Assembly: GCA_963668535.1 (NCBI GenBank)
Contig: OY764867.1
Coordinates: 839,111-903,110, forward strand
Direction of reading: 5' to 3'
DNA length: 64,000 bases
From: Bacteroidaceae bacterium
GTDB taxonomy: Bacteria > Bacteroidota > Bacteroidia > Bacteroidales > Bacteroidaceae
The notes under the pieces are model-generated. The model did no database searches, was not told where the DNA came from, and saw only the letters and a program-made list of their open reading frames with translations. The position numbers and the translations under genes were made by a program. Of this stretch, positions 45,795 through 55,675 are shown one piece after another (the first letter of the stretch is position 1; every line of letters starts with the position of its first letter).

Positions 45795-45828
45795 TAAAAC
45801 ATCGAAATACAATATTATATTCCAACAT

Positions 45829-47082
45829 ATGAAACATTTATTCAAACAAACATTTTTTCAACTAAAGAAGAACAAAGTCATCTTTGGGCTCACCATTATA
45901 GGTAGCGCACTATCTGTAGCTGGTATCATGCTACTTGAACTGATGATACAGATTTATCTCAATCCGACACCACCAGAAGTCAATAAAGAGCGCACATTAA
46001 TTGCTCGTGCAGTACAAATTAGGAATGGTGATTTTACAACCAATTCATACTATGGCATAGAAGGCATACGTAAAATATGGCGGCCGTTAAAGACTCCAGA
46101 ACTTGTTGGGCTCATCACATCCGAAAATAGAGTCTTCTCTTCAGTAAGCAAAACTTCTTACAAACCAAGCACAGTTGCTTACGTCGATGGGAATTATTTC
46201 AAGATCCTCTCATTCAATTTTGTCGAAGGGCGTCCTTTTACAGAAAATGACTGCATCAACAAACGTCCAGTAGCTGTAATTACCAACAAAATGGCCATCA
46301 AACTATGGGGACATGCTGAAAACGCTGTAGGCAAAACAATTTTAAATGACCAAACACCATTTAAAGTGATAGGAATAGTAGAACCTGCCACGATGGGCAA
46401 TTTTGTTTCATCCTCTGATATATGGATTCCATACACAACATCAGAGATAGTCATGAATACCAATGATGAGACACAAGGAATCGGTGGTGGCATTAGCATA
46501 TTGATTTTGGCCAAAGACAAAGCAGACTTCCCTAAAATCCAAAATGAAATTATCACTAAATGCAAAGAGGTAGAACAATCCTATCCTTTTACTATAACTC
46601 CCAGAACCATTGATACAGCAGCAGGTATGATGTACAATCCTGAGGGATGGGCCAATCACACAACAGACCCATCTGCATTTTACAAGAAGTATGGCAGTCT
46701 TGCATTGTTATTCCTATTAGTACCAGCAGTCAACCTATTAGGACTCATCTTTGCCTCATTCAAAAAGCGCGAAGCAGAAATCAGTATACGAAGAGCCTAC
46801 GGAGCATCAATTAGTGACATCATCTCTCTACTATTGCGAGAAAACCTCATCATCACATGTATTGGTGGTGTAATCGGCCTTATACTAGCTTGGTTACTCA
46901 TTCCATTGATCATTGATTTTCTGATATTCCATCCAGATTCTTCAGCAACCATTAGCATATGGTCATTAGTAAAGATAGAAGCTATTGCCATTGCTTTAAT
47001 TATTAGCTTTCTTCTGAACTTTCTGTGTTCATCAATACCAGCGTGGAGAGTGAGTAAAACCCCAATAGTCAACTCATTATAA
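45829..47082 (+). CDS. FtsX/MacB-type ABC transporter permease
   Basis: TM1, a large periplasmic domain, and a C-terminal 3-TM FtsX module. The ATG at 45829 is preferred over 45748. Confidence 0.85.
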   Translation: MKHLFKQTFFQLKKNKVIFGLTIIGSALSVAGIMLLELMIQIYLNPTPPEVNKERTLIARAVQIRNGDFTTNSYYGIEGIRKIWRPLKTPELVGLITSENRVFSSVSKTSYKPSTVAYVDGNYFKILSFNFVEGRPFTENDCINKRPVAVITNKMAIKLWGHAENAVGKTILNDQTPFKVIGIVEPATMGNFVSSSDIWIPYTTSEIVMNTNDETQGIGGGISILILAKDKADFPKIQNEIITKCKEVEQSYPFTITPRTIDTAAGMMYNPEGWANHTTDPSAFYKKYGSLALLFLLVPAVNLLGLIFASFKKREAEISIRRAYGASISDIISLLLRENLIITCIGGVIGLILAWLLIPLIIDFLIFHPDSSATISIWSLVKIEAIAIALIISFLLNFLCSSIPAWRVSKTPIVNSL

Positions 47083-47093
47083 CTTAAAACATT

Positions 47094-48353
47094 ATGTGGA
47101 AACAATTATTACATCGCATATATAACGAGCGCAAACAAAACACATGGTTGTACGTAGAACTCCTTATAGTACTGGCAATCATATGGGTCGCTTTTAATGA
47201 TTTATACAAAAGTTACCAACTATCCACCCTGCCAACTGGTACCAACATCGAAAATTGTTGGCGTCTACGCATCGGTAGAAGTGTATCCACCTCTGTGGAT
47301 AATCAGCCAGATTTTAGTCAAGATTATACTGCCATCACACAAATCATGAAGAATATCCGTCAAAATAATGCTGTAGATGCTATTGGTCTAACTGTAAATT
47401 CGATGCCCTACTCAAGCAATAATAGTAATATCAGCATGTATTTAGCCAAAGATTCTTTAAATAATAAGAAATACGTACACGGAGTACTCATTAGATACTA
47501 TAACAAAGATGTCATGCGTGTTTTTCGTTGCAAAGATATTCATGGGCGTCCACTAGCAGACCAAATCCCTGCAATAGAAAAACACTATATCATTCCAACA
47601 AAGTCCACTGCACTGAAAATGGCAGGACACACAAATATTGTAGATACGCTTGTCACTGGATTTGACTACGGACCTATGCCTATCTTACAAATAGCAGAAA
47701 ATATTCGTTACTCTGACTACGAGGAAGTCATGGATGGGTGCTACGAAGTAATAACGAAAAAAGATCTATCAGAATGTATCGAGTCGGAAGGAGCGACTTC
47801 CAATTCGGTGCAGGTATGCCTTCGCATGAAACAACACATGACGCAACAAGACATGGAAAATTGGCTAAATAAAAACAAAGCTCTGATCTCCACCTCACCA
47901 CTATATATAAACTCTGCAACCAGTTTTTCACACATAAAAGCAGGACTAAACGAGTACTTTGTACGACAAATAAAACAAGGAGTATTCTTAGTTAGCTTCC
48001 TCTTAGTATGCGCTTTCCTCGGGATCCTTGGTACATTTTGGCTACGCACATCACAAAGGCGCAAAGAGATTGGCCTATTGATGGCTATAGGATCAAGCAA
48101 AGTACATATTATTTTAAACTTTATATATGAAGGGCTTTTCATCTTATTATGCACTCTTCCCTTAATCATCTTGTATATAGGCTATTACATCACAACGGGG
48201 CATTTAAGTAGTCACGAAGAGATAGTCATCCCAACAATTATCACAAGTGTATTGTCCATTATAACAATGAGTCTACTCATTATTGGTGGAGTACTAATAT
48301 CTGCATGGAGCACTTTCAAAATCCAAGCCGCAGAAGTTCTACACGATGAATAA
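47094..48353 (+). CDS. FtsX/MacB-type ABC transporter permease (second paralog)
   Basis: Same architecture as the first permease. 419 aa. Confidence 0.85.
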   Translation: MWKQLLHRIYNERKQNTWLYVELLIVLAIIWVAFNDLYKSYQLSTLPTGTNIENCWRLRIGRSVSTSVDNQPDFSQDYTAITQIMKNIRQNNAVDAIGLTVNSMPYSSNNSNISMYLAKDSLNNKKYVHGVLIRYYNKDVMRVFRCKDIHGRPLADQIPAIEKHYIIPTKSTALKMAGHTNIVDTLVTGFDYGPMPILQIAENIRYSDYEEVMDGCYEVITKKDLSECIESEGATSNSVQVCLRMKQHMTQQDMENWLNKNKALISTSPLYINSATSFSHIKAGLNEYFVRQIKQGVFLVSFLLVCAFLGILGTFWLRTSQRRKEIGLLMAIGSSKVHIILNFIYEGLFILLCTLPLIILYIGYYITTGHLSSHEEIVIPTIITSVLSIITMSLLIIGGVLISAWSTFKIQAAEVLHDE

Positions 48354-48395
48354 GCCGACACAATAAACAATATCAATAACTCTAAAACAATAAAT

Positions 48396-49064
48396 ATGAT
48401 TACCCTAGAAAATATCAACAAAGTATATCGCACTAGTGAAATAGAAACTCAAGCACTTGAGAATGTACATATACATGTAAACAAAGGAGAATTTCTAAGC
48501 ATTATGGGGCCATCTGGATGTGGCAAATCCACCCTACTCAATATCATGGGCCTATTAGACACTCCCACTAGTGGTGAACTGATCATCGACAACGTCAATA
48601 TCACTTCACTAGGAGATAAAGCCGCAGCTAAATTTAGGAATCAAAATCTTGGTTTTATTTTCCAAAGTTTTCATCTAATCCATTCTCTCAATATACTAGA
48701 CAATGTGGAACTGCCACTCTTATACCGCAAAGGCCTATCTAGCAAAGAACGCACAGAGAAAGCAAAAGCCATCCTAGAAAAAGTCGGTCTAAGTCACCGC
48801 ATGCATCATATGCCTACTCAGTTATCTGGTGGGCAATGCCAACGTGTAGCTATCGCTCGTGCCATGATTGGAGATCCAAAGATTCTATTGGCCGATGAAC
48901 CAACTGGTAACTTAGATAGCAAAATGGGTACAGAAATCATGGACCTATTGCATCAATTTAACGAAGAAGATAACCGTACAGTGATAATGGTTACCCACAA
49001 TGAACTCCAAGCCAAACAAACAGATCGCACCATCCGCTTTTTTGATGGTAGACAAATCAAATAG
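48396..49064 (+). CDS. ABC transporter ATP-binding protein (MacB/LolD-like)
   Basis: Walker A GPSGCGKST, signature LSGGQCQRVAIARA, and Walker B LLADEPTGNLD. Confidence 0.95.
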   Translation: MITLENINKVYRTSEIETQALENVHIHVNKGEFLSIMGPSGCGKSTLLNIMGLLDTPTSGELIIDNVNITSLGDKAAAKFRNQNLGFIFQSFHLIHSLNILDNVELPLLYRKGLSSKERTEKAKAILEKVGLSHRMHHMPTQLSGGQCQRVAIARAMIGDPKILLADEPTGNLDSKMGTEIMDLLHQFNEEDNRTVIMVTHNELQAKQTDRTIRFFDGRQIK

Positions 49065-49069
49065 ACAAG

Positions 49070-50560
49070 ATGAACAAACCAGTTACATACCTACTTCTGA
49101 TCTTTGCTGCACTTTGTGGACACAAAACACATGCAGCATGCTCACCAGCTATAGATTCGACTTCTATCTCATTGACGGAAGTCATATCTAGAGCACGCCT
49201 ACAAAGTGTAGAGGCAGCAGTAGCGATCAATAAAATGAGAACGGCCTACTGGGTATACCGCACATATAAAGCAGACTTATTACCAGAATGTTCGCTTAAA
49301 GGTACCCTACCTTCTTATCAAAAACAATATAATGCCTACCAGCAAGATAATGGAAATTACACCTACGTAAGAAGCAACTCATTAGGTCTCAACAGTGCAC
49401 TATCTATGACACAAAAAATATGGTTTTCTGGCGGTACACTCTCTCTTAAATCCTCCTTGGACTATATCAAGCAAATGGGGGCAGAAGGACAAGAAAATTA
49501 CATGTCCGTCCCCATTAGCTTAACTCTGTCTCAACCCATATTTGGTATCAACGACGTAAAATGGCAAAGGAAAATAGAACCAGTAAAATACAGAGAAGCC
49601 AAAGCTCAATTTATATCAGATACCGAGGAAGTGGCCGTGAGCGCAGTCCAACAGTTTTTTAATTTATTGCTTTCTGAAGAGAACGTACGTATCGCAGAAC
49701 AGAATCTACGCAATGCAAAAAAATTGTACGATGTGGCTATCGCTAGAAAACATATTGGGCAGATTAGTACCAATGATTTATTACAACTAAAACTAAGCAC
49801 AATCAATGCCACGTCGCATCTCACTTCAATGCAAAGCGAACATAAAAGTGCGCTTTTTAAATTACGTTCATTCTTAAATATAACTGATAGCACCGAACTA
49901 AAACCCATACTTCCCCAAGAAGCTCCCAATCTAGTCTTGCATTTTGATGAAGTACTTGCTCGAGCAAAATCAGCCAATGCATTTGCTGAAAACATCCGCA
50001 AAAGACAGCTAGAGGCTGATTATAAAGTAGCTCAGGCCAAAGGAAGTATGCGAGACATTAATCTCTTTGCCAGTATTGGGTACACTGGGCATACACAAGA
50101 TTTTGACAAGGCTTATACAGGATTAAAGAAAAACCAAATCTTTGAGATTGGCATTTCCATACCCTTACTAGACTGGGGAAAACGCAAAGGGAAAGTACGA
50201 GTAGCCCAAGGGAACAAAAAAATAGTAGCCAGCCAACTTAAACAAGAAAAACAAGAATTTGAACAAAACGTGTTTCTTTTGGTACAGCAATTCAACAATC
50301 AAAGCGAGCAACTGTATTTGGCAATGCAAGCAGATAGCATAGCTCATCAACGCTATCAAATGAGTGTGCAAACTTTTTTGGCTGGCAAAATAAACACGTT
50401 AGACCTCAATGACGCTCAAACCAGCAAAGACGAAGCTCGTCAAAAACACATAAACGAATTGTACAAATACTGGTACTATTACTATGAATTGAGAAGTCTA
50501 ACCTTGTGGGACTATCACAATAACTGTGAAATAACCGCCCCTATAAATTTTGAAAAATAA
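49070..50560 (+). CDS. TolC-family outer-membrane efflux protein
   Basis: Signal peptide and two OEP repeats with coiled-coil heptads. 496 aa. Confidence 0.85.
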   Translation: MNKPVTYLLLIFAALCGHKTHAACSPAIDSTSISLTEVISRARLQSVEAAVAINKMRTAYWVYRTYKADLLPECSLKGTLPSYQKQYNAYQQDNGNYTYVRSNSLGLNSALSMTQKIWFSGGTLSLKSSLDYIKQMGAEGQENYMSVPISLTLSQPIFGINDVKWQRKIEPVKYREAKAQFISDTEEVAVSAVQQFFNLLLSEENVRIAEQNLRNAKKLYDVAIARKHIGQISTNDLLQLKLSTINATSHLTSMQSEHKSALFKLRSFLNITDSTELKPILPQEAPNLVLHFDEVLARAKSANAFAENIRKRQLEADYKVAQAKGSMRDINLFASIGYTGHTQDFDKAYTGLKKNQIFEIGISIPLLDWGKRKGKVRVAQGNKKIVASQLKQEKQEFEQNVFLLVQQFNNQSEQLYLAMQADSIAHQRYQMSVQTFLAGKINTLDLNDAQTSKDEARQKHINELYKYWYYYYELRSLTLWDYHNNCEITAPINFEK

Positions 50561-50592
50561 CCGTATCATTTACTTTTTTCACCTAAACTCTA

Positions 50593-50600
50593 TATATTTG
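50593..50600 (+). promoter_or_regulatory. -7 box TATATTTG only 5 nt before the response-regulator ATG
   Basis: Exact TAnnTTTG match. If functional, it implies a leaderless or near-leaderless internal transcript. Confidence 0.25.
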
Positions 50601-50604
50601 TACT

Positions 50605-52023
50605 ATGATACTGATAATTGACGACGATAAAGCGATTCGTTCTTCCTTAAATTTTATGCTTTCACGCACTGGATATGAAGTTGCCACAGCGGCTACTCCA
50701 GGTGAGGCTGTGCTCATAGCTCAACAACAATGCCCCGAGCTCATTTTAATGGATATGAACTACTCTCTATCCACTACTGGCGAAGAAGGCCTAAGGCTTC
50801 TCCAAGAGATGAAAACTATTCACCCGCAAACCCCTGTCATCCTCATCACCGCATGGGGAAGTATAGACATTGCGGTACAAGGGATGAAACTAGGTGCATT
50901 CGATTTTATCACTAAGCCTTGGGATAATAGACAATTAATGCAACAAATTGAAACAGCATTGGAGTTGTCTTCATCTCCCACAGTACAATCCACAAACGGT
51001 CCAAGTGCCACAAAAACAGAGACCAGCCCCTTCGACCGTTCCTTTATTATAGGTCAAAGTCAAGCGATAACAGACGTCTTAAAAATTATTGAAAGAGTGG
51101 CCAAAACGAATGCCAGTGTATTGATTACTGGGGAAAGTGGCACTGGTAAAGAATTGATTGCTGAAGCCATTCATCGCAATAGCCAACGTGCTCAAAATGC
51201 CTTTGTCAAAGTCAACCTAGGTGGAATATCTCAGTCTCTATTTGAAAGCGAAATGTTCGGACACAAAAAGGGTGCATTTACTGACGCATCTAGCGACCGT
51301 ATAGGGAGATTTACTCTCGCAGACAAAGGAACTATTTTTTTAGATGAAATTGGTGAACTAGACTTAAGTTGCCAAGTCAAATTGCTTCGAGTATTACAAG
51401 ATCAAACATATGAAGTGTTAGGTGATAGCAAACAACGTAAAATTGATGTGCGTGTTGTGTGTGCGACCAATGAAGACTTACTCACGATGATCAAACAAAA
51501 GACATTTCGTGAAGATCTCTTCTACCGAATCAACCTTATTCAGGTACATCTACCAGCATTGAGAGAACGTCGGGAAGATATACCTTTGCTGATCAAACAC
51601 TTCGCTCAGCGTCAACAAGAAGAGCATAATAGCCCTAAAGTCACTTTTACTGAAGAAGCAATGACAAGACTCTGTACTCTCCCCTATTATGGTAATATCA
51701 GAGAATTAAAGAATTTGATTGATAGACTGATTATTATGAGTAATCACAACATAATAGATGGCAAGGTACTTGACGAGTTTGGGCTACCTAATAGCAATGT
51801 TAAAACGGAAATTACAGCACATCCCGATGACTCTTGCTGTGCATCAACCAATAGCATGACTCTACAAGAAGTAGAAACCCAAGCTATATGCCAAGAACTC
51901 ATCAAACATGGTGGCAACTTAACACTTGTAGCCAGAGCATTGGGCATCACTAGACAGGCACTATACAGAAGAATGGAAAAATATAAGATTGATGTGACTG
52001 TAAAAAAAGGACACACTCCATAA
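50605..52023 (+). CDS. sigma-54-dependent (NtrC-family) response regulator
   Basis: Receiver domain MILIIDDD...DMNY. AAA+ domain GESGTGKE with the sigma-54 contact loop GAFTDA. C-terminal Fis-type HTH LVARALGITRQALYRRMEKY. Confidence 0.92.
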   Translation: MILIIDDDKAIRSSLNFMLSRTGYEVATAATPGEAVLIAQQQCPELILMDMNYSLSTTGEEGLRLLQEMKTIHPQTPVILITAWGSIDIAVQGMKLGAFDFITKPWDNRQLMQQIETALELSSSPTVQSTNGPSATKTETSPFDRSFIIGQSQAITDVLKIIERVAKTNASVLITGESGTGKELIAEAIHRNSQRAQNAFVKVNLGGISQSLFESEMFGHKKGAFTDASSDRIGRFTLADKGTIFLDEIGELDLSCQVKLLRVLQDQTYEVLGDSKQRKIDVRVVCATNEDLLTMIKQKTFREDLFYRINLIQVHLPALRERREDIPLLIKHFAQRQQEEHNSPKVTFTEEAMTRLCTLPYYGNIRELKNLIDRLIIMSNHNIIDGKVLDEFGLPNSNVKTEITAHPDDSCCASTNSMTLQEVETQAICQELIKHGGNLTLVARALGITRQALYRRMEKYKIDVTVKKGHTP

Positions 52024-52039
52024 CCCCATCTCAACAACC

Positions 52040-53344
52040 ATGAAAATAAGAAGCTACTTTGTCATACTCACCTTATTAATCACCCTCCTATTTTGCTTTA
52101 TCATATGGGCTATGTCTCAACCGATTAAAGCAACGACGATTTATGTAGGCACAAGCCTCATCGCTATACTACTTTTCACTTATCTATCTTACTTCTACCA
52201 GAAGGTCGTCAAACCTATGCAAACGATTGGCAATGGAATAGAACTCATCAAAGAACAAGACTTTAGTTCCCGCCTCAAAAATGTAGGGCAAGTAGAAGCC
52301 GATTATATTGTAGATATATTCAACCGCATGATGCAGCAATTAAAGGATGAACGTCTACGTCTGCGAGAGCAAAATTATTTTCTAGACCTCTTGATCGCCG
52401 CTTCACCTATGGGGGTTATCATTTTGGACTTTGATGAACAAATAAGCAGCATGAATCCAGTGGCTAAAGAGATACTGCAAGCTTCACAAACTGAAAAATC
52501 ATGGCACGCCATACATCATCCACTAGCCAAATATCTAGTAAACTTACAAACCAACGAATCACAAATATACAGATTAAACACAAGCGAAATATATCGATGT
52601 ACCAAACAGACATTTGTGGATAGAGGATTTCCACATCCCTTTATTTTGATAGAGACCCTTACAGCAGAAGTACGAAAAGCAGAAAAGATAGCTTACGAAA
52701 AGGTCATTCGAATGATTGCTCATGAGGTCAATAATACCGTAGCAGGTGTTACATCAACCTTAGACACAGTAGTCAACTCATTGTCATACGATGGTGACAA
52801 CAAAGAAATATGCGATGTTACCAATATCTGTATAGAAAGGTGCATGACGATGAGTCACTTCATCACTCGTTTTGCCGATGTCGTGAAGATACCTGAGCCA
52901 CAAACGAGCGAAACCAATCTCAATGAATATATTGCACGTTTCGATAAGATGATACGTTCTTACACGCAACCTAATAATATTCAAGTATCTACCCAATTAG
53001 ATAGCCAAAAGCTTTATGCTTATTTGGACATTCCTTTGTTTGAAGGGGCATTAATCAATATCATAAAAAATGCTGTCGAAAGTATAGAAGACAAAGGACA
53101 TATCGTCATTTCAACGATCGCTAATCCTCCACAACTGATTCTTGCAAACAATGGAGCAAGTATTCCAGAAGATATACAATCACAGCTATTTAGCCCATTC
53201 TTTTCAACGAAACCGACCGGGCAAGGTATTGGATTGCTCTATACACGAGAAGTACTAGAGAAACATCACTTCAACTTCTCGCTACACACTGATGACGATT
53301 CATGGACACGTTTTATCATATCTTTTCCAAAACAGAATAGATAA
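52040..53344 (+). CDS. sensor histidine kinase
   Basis: Two N-terminal TM helices, a HAMP-like linker, H-box IAHEVNNTVAGV, N-box IIKNAVES, and G-boxes NNGASI / GQGIGL. Confidence 0.9.
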   Translation: MKIRSYFVILTLLITLLFCFIIWAMSQPIKATTIYVGTSLIAILLFTYLSYFYQKVVKPMQTIGNGIELIKEQDFSSRLKNVGQVEADYIVDIFNRMMQQLKDERLRLREQNYFLDLLIAASPMGVIILDFDEQISSMNPVAKEILQASQTEKSWHAIHHPLAKYLVNLQTNESQIYRLNTSEIYRCTKQTFVDRGFPHPFILIETLTAEVRKAEKIAYEKVIRMIAHEVNNTVAGVTSTLDTVVNSLSYDGDNKEICDVTNICIERCMTMSHFITRFADVVKIPEPQTSETNLNEYIARFDKMIRSYTQPNNIQVSTQLDSQKLYAYLDIPLFEGALINIIKNAVESIEDKGHIVISTIANPPQLILANNGASIPEDIQSQLFSPFFSTKPTGQGIGLLYTREVLEKHHFNFSLHTDDDSWTRFIISFPKQNR

Positions 53345-54262
53345 TCAAAACGTAAAGGCTACGTAAGCACCTATATTTTTTTCTCCCACAGTAGGGGTCA
53401 ATACAAATTGTTTATCGACTGGCCATTTTAGGACTCGTCGCCAAAATGGCAATGTTTGATAGGCTAATTCCACACTCAATATACCAATTCCTGCACCAGC
53501 AAGTGTATCGCTGATGTAGTGTTTGTTATTAATCACACGCAGACTTGCCGTTAAAGCAGCAACTGAATAGCCCGCAACTGGTATCCAAATGGATGCATCC
53601 TTATATTCTTTATACAGGAGATGAGCTCCCGTAAAGGCCATGGCTGTATGTCCCGAAGGAAATGATAGATTATCACTATGATCGGGACGAGTACGATGTA
53701 TGCTACACTTTAGACTATTGACCGTTACTCCCATAATGGCCATAGAGGTGGCCCCCAAGACCAAACGTTCTTTAAGACTATGTTTGGCTGGTACGCCCAA
53801 AAAGTCAAGCGCATACACCCCCAACAGTGGAGTATATTGTGTGTAATTATCAATCGGAAATTTTTGTTGCACATCCTCTTGTACTTCAAAGGCAGTCCCT
53901 CTATCTATAACTTTCGACACACTGGGTATTGTTTTACATAAGATACCTGTTCCAATCAATGCCGCAGGCACTCCCCATCGAAGGACTTTATCATATTTGG
54001 GCCATTCAATAGACGGGATTTTGAAATTTGAAGTACGCAATTTGGGCAACTCCAACATCTTTTGTGCAGGGTTGTAGTACCGATGATTATTATAACGAGG
54101 TAGATAACGTGGTGTGTATTGCTCGGACACACGGATAGAGTCACGTACCTTTATGCCAAGAGTATCTCTTTCTACAGTCTGCGCCGACAACTGCATACCA
54201 CACCCTAGCAAGATAACAATTGCCACACAAGTCACGCGCAATACCAACATCTTCTTTCTCAT
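53345..54262 (-). CDS. PAP2-family phosphatase
   Basis: Motifs KCSIHRTRPD, SFPSGHTAMAF and RVINNKHYISDTLAG. The stop is directly adjacent to the kinase stop. Confidence 0.85.
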   Translation of the reverse strand: MRKKMLVLRVTCVAIVILLGCGMQLSAQTVERDTLGIKVRDSIRVSEQYTPRYLPRYNNHRYYNPAQKMLELPKLRTSNFKIPSIEWPKYDKVLRWGVPAALIGTGILCKTIPSVSKVIDRGTAFEVQEDVQQKFPIDNYTQYTPLLGVYALDFLGVPAKHSLKERLVLGATSMAIMGVTVNSLKCSIHRTRPDHSDNLSFPSGHTAMAFTGAHLLYKEYKDASIWIPVAGYSVAALTASLRVINNKHYISDTLAGAGIGILSVELAYQTLPFWRRVLKWPVDKQFVLTPTVGEKNIGAYVAFTF

Positions 54263-54444
54263 ACTATACCTCATCTTATACGTTCAACATACTATTTTCA
54301 TTCTGTAGACTACGAAAGTACAAGTCAATTCTGAAGAGATTTAGAAGATTGCAGATAGAGTTATAAAAATCAGAATATTTACAGAATGTATATAGTAACA
54401 CACAAAAAGTTACTTTTAGTCACATATTGGCCCAATAAATATCG

Positions 54445-54452
54445 TATCTTTG
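54445..54452 (+). promoter_or_regulatory. -7 box TATCTTTG
   Basis: 41 nt upstream of the ketopantoate-reductase-like gene. Confidence 0.45.
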
Positions 54453-54492
54453 TCAGTAGAATACATAACATCATATCACTAAACAGGTCATT

Positions 54493-55410
54493 ATGGAAAA
54501 ATTGAAATATGTTATTGCAGGTGCTGGTGGTGTAGGCGGTAGTATAGCTGCCATGCTATATTTGGCAGGTGAAGATGTAACCTGCATTGCACGCGACAGC
54601 CATCTTAAGGCCTTACAAAAAGAGGGATTACACTATCATTCTGATCTCAAAGGCGAACACGTACTACCTATCCCTGCCCTATCAGCTGATGATTATCAAG
54701 ATAAAGCAGATGTCATTTTTGTATGTGTTAAGGGCTACAGTATATCATCTATTTTAGATATGATTACAAGAGCTAGTCATGCTCATACCCTAGTCATCCC
54801 TATTCTCAATGTCTATGGCACAGGACCTAAAATAGCCAGCTTACTACCAGATAATATTGAGGTACTTGATGGTTGTATATACATTGTTGGGTATAAAAAT
54901 GCCCCAGGTCACATCACACAGATGGGCAAAGTCTTTCGCATAGTCTATGGTAGCAGACAGTCCACTCCAGCTTTGGACCTACAAATGAAAAAGGTCGGAG
55001 CCGCGCTTGAACATAGTGGCATCAAAGTAAACATATCGGATGACATCAATAGAGATACTTTTGTCAAGTGGTCTTTTATATCTGCTATGGCTGTTACCGG
55101 TATGTATTATGATTGCACGATGCAAAGCGTTCAGGAAAATCCTGAGATTCGCCAAACTTTTATCGGATTGAGTGAAGAGAGCTATGCTTTGGGCAAGAAG
55201 CTTGGTATCGCATTTAAAGAAGATCAGGTAACCTATAACTTACGAGTCATGGATTCATTGGATCCCAATTCAACGGCATCTATGCAGAAGGATATGAAAG
55301 CTGGACATGAAACTGAAATACAAGGCCAACTCTTCGACCTGATAGCTCTTGCAGAAGAAAATGGAGTAGATATTCCCACGTATAAAATGGTAGCAAAGAA
55401 ATTCCAGTAA
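54493..55410 (+). CDS. 2-dehydropantoate 2-reductase (PanE/ApbA family)
   Basis: N-terminal Rossmann motif VIAGAGGVGGSIA. 305 aa of the ApbA N+C architecture. Confidence 0.75.
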   Translation: MEKLKYVIAGAGGVGGSIAAMLYLAGEDVTCIARDSHLKALQKEGLHYHSDLKGEHVLPIPALSADDYQDKADVIFVCVKGYSISSILDMITRASHAHTLVIPILNVYGTGPKIASLLPDNIEVLDGCIYIVGYKNAPGHITQMGKVFRIVYGSRQSTPALDLQMKKVGAALEHSGIKVNISDDINRDTFVKWSFISAMAVTGMYYDCTMQSVQENPEIRQTFIGLSEESYALGKKLGIAFKEDQVTYNLRVMDSLDPNSTASMQKDMKAGHETEIQGQLFDLIALAEENGVDIPTYKMVAKKFQ

Positions 55411-55483
55411 GTCTTACTTTAGTAATACCACTCTATTATTGTATTATTAAGGCGCGACTTTTATTTGCAAAGGCTTGCAATCG

Positions 55484-55549
55484 TCGATTCAAACGTTTGG
55501 TTCCATCGATTCAAATGTTTGGTCCCATCGATTCAAACGTTTGAATCGA
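55484..55549. repeat. three contiguous 22-bp direct repeats with palindromic cores
   Basis: TCGATTCAAACGTTTGGTTCCA, then TCGATTCAAATGTTTGGTCCCA, then TCGATTCAAACGTTTGAATCGA. The third unit is a perfect 22-bp palindrome. The core is CAAACGTTTG. Confidence 0.9.
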
Positions 55550-55639
55550 CGCTCTCTACCTATTCCAAAGGAAAGGGTAACCTTGTCACCACAACTTTGG
55601 CAAGTAAGTGAGTTATTTGGCCATATGCCGCAATATTTG

Positions 55640-55647
55640 TATCTTTG
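55640..55647 (+). promoter_or_regulatory. -7 box TATCTTTG
   Basis: 29 nt upstream of the orphan 489-aa ORF. Confidence 0.45.
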
Positions 55648-55675
55648 TATATACACACAGCCTTAAAACTACACT

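Noticed and set aside
55484-55549. A CRISPR array.
   Set aside because: The three repeats are directly contiguous with no spacers. No cas genes are present in the window.
55475-55666. 63-aa ORF spanning the 22-bp repeat array.
   Set aside because: It has a TTG start, and its internally repetitive product is merely a translation of the DNA repeats. It also runs through the promoter box of the next gene.
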